Positions 1 through 10,457 of a stretch of 64,000 nt of DNA are shown here, in pieces. Numbering within the stretch: position 1 is the stretch's first letter; every line of letters starts with the position of its first letter. Origin of the DNA: Lama guanicoe (lineage: Eukaryota). The notes beneath the pieces are model-generated. The model made no database searches. It saw only the letters and a program-made list of their open reading frames with translations, and was not told where the DNA came from. The stretch spans positions 16,000,029 to 16,064,028 of the forward strand of contig MU054323.1 of assembly GCA_013239625.1 (NCBI GenBank). Reading direction: 5' to 3'. The position numbers and the translations under genes are program-made.

Positions 1-1195
1 TCTTCTTTAACTCTATATTTGAATTATTTCAAAGTGAAGGTACGGTCATTCTAAGTATGCCATTTTGAGCATAGTCCTTTCATCATTCCAACTTCAAAGA
101 ACACCTTCAGATACTGTTAAAAAGAGATATTGGAACCAGGTGGACTCCAACATGAAGGCATCAAGACGTCTAGCCCCTAGACAGACCAAGGATGTGATAC
201 CTCTCAAGGGCCATTTTTTCCTACGTAGGAACAATAAACAACCATGTACAGGGGTGCCTGTTTTTCTCAAAGAACTTTTTGTTTGTTTCTCAATCCTGGC
301 TGTTTTAGAAAGGTAGGGTAAGCAGACAGCCAAGGTCCATTCAGACAAAGTGCTCCTAGCTGATCCAGAGTGATCAGGAAAGACACATAAAGAATTCGGG
401 ACCAGAGGGGACAGGCAGAAGAGTGTCCCACGCAAGAACAGGGGCACAGGTTTGGTGACAGGATTCAGCTTGGCCAGTTTGTAATGAGAGAAGGCATGTC
501 ACAGGGAGTGGGGCGTGGAGGACAGACTGGAGAGCTCTTCTGTCTCTCTCCTTTCATTCTGAGGAGGAAATGGGAAAACTGCTCTTCCAGACCACGGAAG
601 AAGCTGGGAACCAGAAGAAAATGAAAATATGAAGCTATGCTCCGTGTTCCAAAGTCTGGATTATCGCAATTTTCCCATCATGGGGCAGAGATGTCTAACC
701 AAATGCCAAAAAATTCTAGACTCTGGACCCAGTAATGACTGCTCTCAAGAGTAATGACTGAAAGATTAAGAGAAACATGTTCCCAAAACCCCAGTCACTA
801 GCACCCCTTCTGCCTCTCAGACAAGCCTGAGTGGCAGTAGAGGCAGAGACAGAGTGGCCAACTGGCTGTGTCAGCCATAATAATTATCCGCATGGAAATG
901 TTCCATGTACTAAAGCTGTTAGTGTTTACAACTGGGGCGTGACTATCGGCCAGCATGACAAACAGGACCAGAAGTGAATGAGCTGCTTCCTACAGCACTC
1001 AGGATCTCACAGTTCACTTAGCCCTGGAGATTTTCTGAGTGGTTCTGCAGACTGGCATCTGGGGCAGGTTGTAGATATATCCTAACCTTAGAGGATCAGA
1101 CATGTTACTTCCTCATGACTATTGATTCTAAAATCAGATTTCTAAATTAATAAATTATATTTATCAATTTCTAACAAAGCACATTTTCTACTTAC

Positions 1196-1376
1196 CTTAA
1201 GGTCTCTATGAATTAACTGATTTGAATGTATATAGTGCACTCCTGCTGTTATTTTTTCAAAGAATTCCAAAGCCAAACGTTTGTTTGGTTTCTTGCCTCT
1301 TCTACTGTCAATCCATTGCTCCAATGTCCCTTTATCACAGTATTCCATTTGGATGAAAAGGCACCTAGTCTTTGAT
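1196..1376 (-). CDS. EIF2AK2: PKR exon 13 (kinase subdomains V-VIb)
   Basis: 181 nt, AG/GT bounded, encodes [22 protein letters not shown]...IHRDLK. The next exon lies left of the window. Confidence 0.97.
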
Positions 1377-2481
1377 CTGGGTATAAAATTCACATTATGT
1401 TAGAAGTAGCAATATAAATAAATTTATAAAAAATACACTTAAAAATACATTAAAAAATTACACCTTCTTAAAAATGCCAAAACGTCTCACAACAGAAATC
1501 TAAAGATAATAAACTTGAATCAAAACATAATAGACCATTTTTTATTTAAACCTTAAGTTATCCAAAGCTTTATTCATTTAGCTAGGTTATAAAGTAAGAG
1601 CCTACCCATTATTTAATGCCAAAGGTCCTTGATTATCTTTGCTAATGGGAACAGGAGTATAAATACAATGGAATTGCAGAAAACCGAATTTCATTATTGT
1701 ATACAGTAATTTTAAAACATTTTAATTGACCATAGCTTTACTGAGTATCTATTTTGTGAAAGCCACAGAATAGGCACCTAATGATAAGAAAATGAATTAG
1801 ATACTATCCTTGCTGTCATGAGGATTATATATAGTTTAACAGGAGAGAGATAAAGGAAAAACAAACCTAAAACAATAGTACAAGGATAGGAACCCCAAGA
1901 GAAGTGCCGACAAACTGCTATGTGGTCTAACAGGGAGGACTGATTCTGCTAACCATGGTGGTTGCTTTTTTTTCTGAACTAAGCTGGCTTCAATATTAAT
2001 TTAAATTCTTTGAGCACATGTTGGCTAGAAAATAGAAAAAGGGAGCCAGGAATTTGCAGAAAGCTGAAGAAGTCCATATGCTGATGGTACTCCTAAAGCT
2101 GACGCTGTTACACTGGGTGGAGATGGGGTTGGAGTCAGGACTCAGGAGATGGTGAATGGACAGGCCCACAGTGGCCTCAGGACTGCACGGAAAGGACTGT
2201 CCCCAGGAAACACTGGGTGACTTTCAAAGTGAGGTGCCAGGTCTTTAAAATCCCTCCGTCCTTTTGCACTGGCTTACCTGAGGAAAAAACATGAGTAATG
2301 CAAGGTGTTTCTAGTTATTATTAAATGTAATAATTAATGGTCTCATTTGGTGGCCCACAGATAGTAAATGAGTTTCCTTCATCCTATTATGGCTATGAGA
2401 ATTTCTTTTTATTTATTTTTTTCTTAATTTTTCCCATTTAATTACTTATTAGTTTATTTATTTGAATTTGTTTTTAGTTAC

Positions 2482-2598
2482 CTTGAAGTATTTATGCTTT
2501 TCTCAGGATCATAATCATAGCCATCCCAACAACTGTGGTAGTGAACAATATTTACGTGATTAAGTGTTGCCAAAGCTTTCACTTCACGCTCTACCTTC
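2482..2598 (-). CDS. EIF2AK2: PKR exon 12 (subdomains III-IV, short kinase insert)
   Basis: 117 nt, [38 protein letters not shown]; splice phases match both neighbours. Confidence 0.96.
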
Positions 2599-3502
2599 CT
2601 AGTTTAAAAAAAAAACAGGAAACATAAAAGCATCAGTATCCATCCCTGATCACAACAGCAAAACACCTCAAGCAACAGGAGACAGCTACCTCCACTCCCT
2701 TACTAAATAGTTGCCATGGTTCCCACACTGAATTTCAGAATGGAAGCCAGAAACAGTCAAAAAGAAAAAATGAACACACAGAAAAAACAGAGCTGTTCTC
2801 ACTGTCAACATAAAAGAAAATAACAGTAGCTTAAATTATTCCAAACATCAAACAATTTAAAAGTCATTTGTAGTAGTCTTTGAACTGACAGTGATGCAAT
2901 TTTTTTTTTCAGTGCTAACTCATCCATTGTGGTTCGTTTGGATTTGTGTTAAAATCACTTCCAATTTCATAAGCAAACCCCATTTGGGCAGCAAGGGTGG
3001 GTAACCCAAGCAACATGAAGAACCTAATTCAGAATTTTCAGTGTGTGGCAAAATTATACAAAGAGGGTAATCTATGCAGAGAAACTGAAATTTCACTGCA
3101 CAGCATGGGAGCTTTACAGGGATGTGTAGTTCAGAGCTGTGACAATTCTATGCTAAATGGAGTAAATAAATCTGAGACTTCAAGGATGAGAAAGGATAAG
3201 CAAACATTTTATAATTTCTTTTTTAATTTGAAAAGTTCTATACGACATAAAATTTATAAAAATAAATTTTAAAAATAACTCATATCAACAGTCCTAACAC
3301 AAATAGTTATTATTTTAGATTATTTCTTATAAGCTTTCTTCAGATACATTTTTATATATTTGTAATTATAGTATATAATTTTTATCCTATTTTTTCCACA
3401 TAACATGATCTTTACAATTTTCCTTGTTATTGCACAATCTGTATAACCATCATCTATGAATTTTTTAATGTAAGATTTCAAAAGTATAAAAAGGCAGAGC
3501 AA

Positions 3503-3596
3503 TTTGACACAACATTGTAAAATGATTATAAATCAATAAAAAATGTTAAAAAAAATTTAAAAAAAGGGAAATAAATCTATGCTGAAAAAAAAAAAA
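3503..3596 (+). mobile_element. Extremely 5'-truncated young L1 with an extra polyadenylated tail
   Basis: Matches the 3' terminus of the L1 at 30074-31212. 17-bp TSD ataaaaaggcagagcaa at 3486-3502 and 3597-3613. Confidence 0.85.
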
Positions 3597-4614
3597 ATAA
3601 AAAGGCAGAGCAAATAGTAGAATGGACCCATACTGCTGTTTCATCAGATGGACCAGTTATTAACTCCTAGCCATCTAGTTTCATTTATACTGTTACCCAC
3701 TTCCTCATCTTCCCCTGGATTATTCTGAAATAACTTCCAGCATCGTATCATTTCATGTATAAATATTCACAGTGTATAATCCTCATGTTTAATGACTACA
3801 AAATAGCCACTGATCAGGGGAGAGAACAAAACGCACTTAAATCATTTATTGATGAACATTTTGTTTGTTCTAATTTTTCGCTGTTAGAAAAGACACTGTG
3901 ATTTATATCTTCTCTTAGAGTTTTTTCCAGAATCTGGGTAATATCCTTAGAATAGGTTCCCACATAGGAAACCCATGGGTCAAAGCATATCAACGTTTTT
4001 ATGGGTCTAGATTAACATCTCTAAGTGTATTTTTAATGGTGTTGTACCGATTTATGAAGCCACTAGAAATGTTCAAGATACTGTACCTTTATTAAGTATT
4101 ACCATTAAAAAAAAGGTGTTATGGGATGGAAGGAACAACAGTATTTCATTCCTGTTAAGCAAAGCAATGAAGAAGGAAAAAGCCTTCTTTTGATGCTGAG
4201 TATGAAGGTGTTTCAGCAGCAAGGCATTGCCCACGGGACAGAAGACAGGCTGGTCTGACTGGAGACCGAGCACCTAGGACTCCATGCTGCTTCTCCTGTG
4301 CTCAAGTCATTTTCCTTAGCCTATATCCCTTTTCCACCTCCTCCTCTAGTCCTTGACGGATCAGTCTGGCCACGATACGAACAGTAACAACTGCCAGAAA
4401 ACAACAAGTAAGACTGGTGAACTAGTGAACATGTGACTTAAGGCCTCCTTCCTATAAGTGTCCTTTCCTGAAGAGTTCTGCTATCCAGTAATTAGGGGGC
4501 AACATTGAGGGCAGGGCAGGGTACAGATAATACATAAAATGAACATGGGAAGTAATGGGTTATAGTGGGAAGACAGTAGACTGGTATTCCAGAGGATGAT
4601 ACTGAATATCCACC

Positions 4615-5145
4615 TTGTTAACACAGTAGATAGTGTCCAAAAATGGTTGTCATTAATTCCTTCTCTCCCCATACACACATCCACTCCTCAGATTAAGACG
4701 TAGAGTCTATTTGCCCTCCCCTCGAATCCAAGCTGGCCTTAGTGACTTTGTCTAACCCATATAATGTGGAACTTCGAAGACTACGTCAAAAGTAGCCTTT
4801 GCTGCTCCCCCCCTGAGATGACTTGCTCTGGGACAGTCTTTAGAACCCAGCCACTAGGTTGTGAGACACCTAGACCACATAAAGGGGCCACATGGAGGCG
4901 CTCTAGTTAATAGTCCTAACTGAACTTGCAGCCTGCAGCCAGCATCAACTGCTGGTCATGTGAGAGCGCCATCTTGGATGTCCAGCCTAGTCAAGCTCTC
5001 AGATGATTCCTGACTGCAAATGCATGAAGAATGGCCCAGATGAGCACAATCAACCCACAGGACGGTGGGAGATAGCAATAACTCAGTGTTTTTAAGCCAC
5101 TACATTTTGGAGTGGTGTATTATGCAATAACAGACAATCCGAACA
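4615..5145 (+). mobile_element. MLT1-type MaLR solo LTR
   Basis: Characteristic MLT1 motifs (gctggccttagtgacttt...; tttaagccactacattttggagtggt...gaaca). Boundaries approximate. Confidence 0.7.
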
Positions 5146-5514
5146 TTACCAACTAGGCTTTACCTCTGACAAATCATTTCACATCTTTGGATCTCGGGCT
5201 CCTCATCTATAAGATAAGGAGATGAGACTAGAAAATCTCAAAGATCATCTTAAGTTAAATGATTTTACGGCTGCAGTTTTCATCAAGACAGCCTCAAAAG
5301 GATAATGAATGGTATATCCATTTTTTTAATTGAATAACCATGGTAAAGTAAGATCATTTCAGAGTAAGCCAAGCTCCTGATGGCAGAATGACATCTTTAA
5401 GGAGGACTAGAAAAAAGTAAATGATATGCTAATGAAGAAGAGAGATATATAAAAAAGAATAGTGCATGTTCAACATACCTTCCCATTCAAAATAATAAAA
5501 TATTTACTACTTAC

Positions 5515-5637
5515 TCGCTATCATATTTAACACGTTTAATAACATACGTCTTCTTATCAATTCTGTGTTTTGCTTTGAAAACTTGGCCAAATCCACCTGA
5601 GCCAATTGGTTCTACTTCTGTAAAATCGCTGACAAAC
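5515..5637 (-). CDS. EIF2AK2: PKR exon 11 (Gly-rich loop and catalytic Lys)
   Basis: 123 nt, [40 protein letters not shown]. Confidence 0.97.
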
Positions 5638-7091
5638 CTTAAAAATAAATGCTACTGTTATTCTGAGGTTCAGTGTTTGCTGCTCCCCAACCCAATCCCA
5701 GCCTTCTGCTTTCTTTTAATGTGGCTAGTGAAACGGACTGTTACAAACAGGACTCTCCCCTTCTGCATAAGAAGGGTCTGCTTCACAGAAACTCTTAAAT
5801 CACAAAGGATAGCTCTTCCCACTCCCCAGCCTAACATAACAGATCACTCTTCAGAGTTAATCACCTCCTGGTTGTACAAAAGCCATGGCGAAGAATCTTA
5901 TCCCAAGTATAAAACTTTAGAAAGCGGCATCACACTGTTCCCTGGCTACCGGCTGTGATAAGGGAAATGAGCATGTGCTCTGAGCCTGCCTAAGTTTGTA
6001 ACTCCCTGGGTTTCCCCTCTCCCTCCTGCCCCAGATTCCATCACTAAGCCCTGCCAATTCTCCTTCCAAAACACATCTGCTGGTATCTGCCCACTTTCCC
6101 CATCTCCAACAGCTTCCCACCAGTCCAGGCTTCCATCAGACTCCTGCAGAACCTTATTCACTGGACACCCCATTTCCTCTCCTTCCTCCACTCCAATCCA
6201 TGGTCCACACAGCAACCAGTGTGATAAATACTAAGTCTGATCAAGTCTGTCTATTGTCCAAACCCTCCCATAGCCTACCCTCACACCCAGCAAAAATCAG
6301 AAAGCCCTTCCATGGGCTACAAGGGGCCCCCTGATTTGGCCCTGCCTCCCTGTCCAGCTTGTCTGATGGCCTTTGCTCACTCCTCCCAGCACATGGCCTT
6401 CTCTCTGCTCTCTGCACCCTTACATCACCTTTCCCACCTTCTTTAGCAGAGCCATGGGGCCTCCCCACTACCCTGAGTTAACTCATCCCTCAGGGCTCCC
6501 CACAAATGTGACCCCAGAGAAGGCCTTGCCTCACTTCTCCCTCTAAATCCAAGGGTCCTGTTTTCATTTCTAACCATGTCATTGCTTTTTCTTCAGACCT
6601 CTGACCACAGTTTATAATTACAGACTTTTTCATGTAATTATCATCCCCACAAAACTCAATGAGCGCAGGAGCTGTTACTATTTGTTCTTGCCATAAATCC
6701 AACGCCCAGCACAGTGCCAGTTATATATCAGGTACTTATTAAATATTTGTTGACTCTTCTTTTTTTTAAGCTTATTTTCACTGTCCCTCTGTTGCAAATA
6801 AGCCTCCTTTGCTTCAGATATTTAAGCCCAAACACGTAATCTACCACAAGAGGAACCCTTTTTCAAAGTGATACCTGGTATGGAGCTAGAAAATGGAAAA
6901 CAGATGCAAGTGGATTGACTGTGATGCCTGCAGAGGTACTTTTGTTGAAAAAAAAAATCACTGGTTTATAGGAATATTTTCTTTCAATATTAAAACCATT
7001 CATAGATGTCAGAGAAATCCACATGAGTATTACACAGATCTATACTTATCACATTCCATTTGAATTCATCAAAACTGTACTCCTCTAAGAG

Positions 7092-8139
7092 ATCAAGATC
7101 GTCTGTGGGCCTGACTGTGCTAAAATAATTAAACTGTTCAGGTAGAAATATAATTTTGCCTGCCTGATGTTCAACAGACCTTTAAGAAACTTTTGTCAAA
7201 GAAGCAAACGTATCCTTAACAAATTCTTTTTTATAGTTTTCCCCTCTTACCTGGGGTCCATACTATATTGGTTTTCTTCCTTTTTCACAGGAGAGTCAAA
7301 CGTAGGTGCCAAGAATCTAAAAGTTAAGAGAAGTACATAAAACTCAAAAATGAAATCCAATGTAACTTGTTTAGAGTAGGTTTTATGCCATGCACTAGGC
7401 TTTTTGTATTTTGAGTCAACTATTAGAATAACAGGGTAGTAAATGCTAACCTTTTTCTTTAAAAACGATACACTTATGGTTCTCTGCCCTCTAATAATTT
7501 TTCATTCCTTCCCTGGTTCCTTTTTTGGCCTTAACACATTCATTGTCAGCATGCCACTAGCCTCTCCTTTTCTTCCCCTAGGCTCAAAACCCCAGGAAAT
7601 ATATCTCCTTGAACTCTCACTCTGGTTGTGTTTCCTTTGTCCTTTATTCCTTGCTGGTGCAAAGCCCCCTGCAACTGGAAGTCCACATGCCACCTAAAAT
7701 GAAACAAATCCAATTGCTATCTTCCCTCTAAGCCATCAGTCTTCAACTCCCTCAACATCACCAGTGCTGTCATGCATGCCTGCATCTCATCCACAAGGAG
7801 CAATCTTCAAGTCCTTCTTCCTGTGCATCTTCTTCACCCAGTTCTGTTAAGTCTATTCCCTCAAGTCAGTCTACTTTTCCTTCACAATCTGCCTCACAAA
7901 GTCTCCCCCTCCCTCCTCCTGCCACTGGAACCACAGATGACGGCCTAATCATCTCACACACAGACCTCTCCCTTTTCCATCCAAACACCTGCATCAGTAA
8001 TCATCTTTCTGTAAAAGTCACCTACTGTTCAGAATACACTGGTGCCTCATTTCTACTCTATCTGCTTGTCTACAAATAATGCACTACTCTTGAAAACACC
8101 TCTCCAAGCCCACTTCCCTGTCACTGTTGTCCAACGTCA
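7092..8139. repeat. Local duplication, segment B (original, contains exon 10)
   Basis: Near-identical to 9306-10343 (offset 2214). By eye there are 2 substitutions plus a 10-bp indel (tgccacctaa). Confidence 0.97.
7251..7316 (-). CDS. EIF2AK2: PKR exon 10
   Basis: 66 nt, phase 2/2, FLAPTFDSPVKKEENQYSMDP, AG...GTAAGA. Confidence 0.93.
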
Positions 8140-8393
8140 TGCCCCAACCAACTACTCTACCAATACACCCACAGGTCTTTATGACTATGTACTTGTTCAA
8201 AGATTTCTCTACGTAGTTAAAATTATTTGTAGATTTCAAAATTTCTATGCACCTTAACCATGTTTTCTACTCCTGAAATTCCACTTAAATAAAGGTGTCC
8301 AATACTCTACAAGTGCTGAAGACGTAATAAGATTAACACACTAAGTCTGAGATAAAATTTCATTTCCAAACATGTTAAATGCATGATACTCAC

Positions 8394-8428
8394 CTTTGAA
8401 CCTTCCTGGAATTATTTCTGAAATGGTT
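8394..8428 (-). CDS. EIF2AK2: PKR exon 9
   Basis: 35 nt, NHFRNNSRKVQ(R), ttttAG / GTGAGT; needed to keep frame between exons 8 and 10. Confidence 0.92.
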
Positions 8429-8446
8429 CTAAAACAAAAGAAAATG

Positions 8447-8802
8447 AGGGAGAATGTTGGGCCAACCAACGTCCTCCAAAGTCCAACAACCCCCCATTCC
8501 TCGGCTCTCAGGTGTCTGACATTCTTTACTGGGCATGTTTCCCCTAACAAACTAATAGCCCCAGGTAATGCCTACCTTAGAGTCAAACCCCACCGCCCTT
8601 CATGGACTCTAAACTTCTTAGCTCACCTGCAACCAATCAGAGGCTTGTGCACAAGCCAATCGGGTACCTTGTGACCCTACTTTATAGAACACCCCAACAA
8701 CTGGCCCTTGGTGCTCATGCAGGTGTCCCTTGCCTGTGTGACCCATTGTTGTCTATGACAGTGTGCCCTAATAAAATCCTTTGTATTTCCATTTGAAAAA
8801 AA
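8447..8802 (+). mobile_element. Polyadenylated LTR (purine tract + U3-R) retrocopy
   Basis: Purine run then TG at 8455, CCAAT boxes, TATA-like tttata, AATAAA 8770-8775, poly(A) from 8796, and 11-bp TSD aaaagaaaatg at 8436-8446 and 8803-8813. Confidence 0.7.
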
Positions 8803-9147
8803 AAAAGAAAATGGGAAGTGGTTTCAGGTGATTAAGTCAATTATCTTGTTTTTTCTTGCCACCCTTTCTCCTGTACTTCTAGATGGTTCTACGACCACAT
8901 TCCTTTGTCCTTAAACAGCTTCATCAATCTGTATGCTCTCACCAAGCCCTGATTTTCAGTGTACTTGGCTATTATCAATGTTCTCAGCTAACCAGACAGA
9001 CTCAGCAGGAAGGACAAAAAAGACAAACTGTAGGGCATGTGCTACAGAAGTGCTGATTCTCCAGGTATAGAACACAGCCTCCCTGGTGATCCTCTGGCCA
9101 GTGAATCTCAGCAAGATGGTGTGTATCACAGTCATTCACTAATAAAG

Positions 9148-9305
9148 AGCCCAGGCATCCAGTATAAAATATTTTCACTTTAAGGGCAAATTAATAATTT
9201 AATTTAATATTTAGCCAAAAAGAGAAGAGTCTTTGATATATCTCTCAAAAATTAATTTCAGTGGGAAAGGTGCCAAGATGACAGAGTGGAGACTCACAGC
9301 TCACC
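9148..9305. repeat. Local duplication, segment A (includes 43 bp of the L1 5' tip)
   Basis: Repeated at 10344-10500 with about 2 substitutions and 2 small indels. Confidence 0.95.
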
Positions 9306-10343
9306 ATCAAGATCGTCTGTGGGCCTGACTGTGCTAAAATAATTAAACTGTTCAGGTAGAAATATAATTTTGCCTGCCTGATGTTCAACAGACCTTTAAG
9401 AAACTTTTGTCAAAGAAGCAAACGTATCCTTAACAAATTCTTTTTTATAGTTTTCCCCTCTTACCTGGGGTCCATACTATATTGGTTTTCTTCCTTTTTC
9501 ACAGGAGAGTCAAACGTAGGTGCCAAGAATCTAAAAGTTAAGAGAAGTACATAAAACTCAAAAATGAAATCCAATGTAACTTGTTTAGAGTAGGTTTTAT
9601 GCCATGCACTAGGCTTTTTGTATTTTGAGTCAACTATTAGAATAACAGGGTAGTAAATGCTAACCTTTTTCTTTAAAAACGATACACTTATGGTTCTCTG
9701 CCCTCTAATAATTTTTCATTCCTTCCCTGGTTCCTTTTTTGGCCTTAACACATTCATTGTCAGCATGCCACTAGCCTCTCCTTTTCTTCCCCTAGGCTCA
9801 AAACCCCAGGAAATATATCTCCTTGAACTCTCACTCTGGTTGTGTTTCCTTTGTCCTTTATTCCTTGCTGGTGCAAAGCCCCCTGCAACTGGAAGTCCAC
9901 AAATGAAACAAATCCAATTGCTATCTTCCCTCTAAGCCGTCAGTCTTCAACTCCCTCAACATCACCAGTGCCGTCATGCATGCCTGCATCTCATCCACAA
10001 GGAGCAATCTTCAAGTCCTTCTTCCTGTGCATCTTCTTCACCCAGTTCTGTTAAGTCTATTCCCTCAAGTCAGTCTACTTTTCCTTCACAATCTGCCTCA
10101 CAAAGTCTCCCCCTCCCTCCTCCTGCCACTGGAACCACAGATGACGGCCTAATCATCTCACACACAGACCTCTCCCTTTTCCATCCAAACACCTGCATCA
10201 GTAATCATCTTTCTGTAAAAGTCACCTACTGTTCAGAATACACTGGTGCCTCATTTCTACTCTATCTGCTTGTCTACAAATAATGCACTACTCTTGAAAA
10301 CACCTCTCCAAGCCCACTTCCCTGTCACTGTTGTCCAACGTCA
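9306..10343. repeat. Local duplication, segment B' (copy)
   Basis: Copy of 7092-8139. Confidence 0.97.
9465..9530 (-). other. EIF2AK2: Duplicated PKR exon 10 copy in intron 8 (candidate poison exon)
   Basis: Identical 66 nt and identical splice flanks to 7251-7316, but located upstream of exon 9 in transcript order. Confidence 0.9.
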
Positions 10344-10457
10344 AGCCCAGGCATCCAGTATAAAATATTTTCACTTTTAGGGAAAATTAATAATTTAATT
10401 TTAATATTTAGCCAAAAAGAGAAGAGTCTGATATATCTCTCAAAAATTAATTTCAGT

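Noticed and set aside
3081..3090. ISRE-like gaaactgaaa in PKR intron 11
   Set aside because: A 10-mer expected by chance in AT-rich DNA, with no supporting context.
7443..9935. Twin plus-strand ORFs 7443-7697 and 9657-9935 (MLTFFFKND...)
   Set aside because: By-products of the duplication running into L2-derived sequence; no recognisable protein or exon structure.
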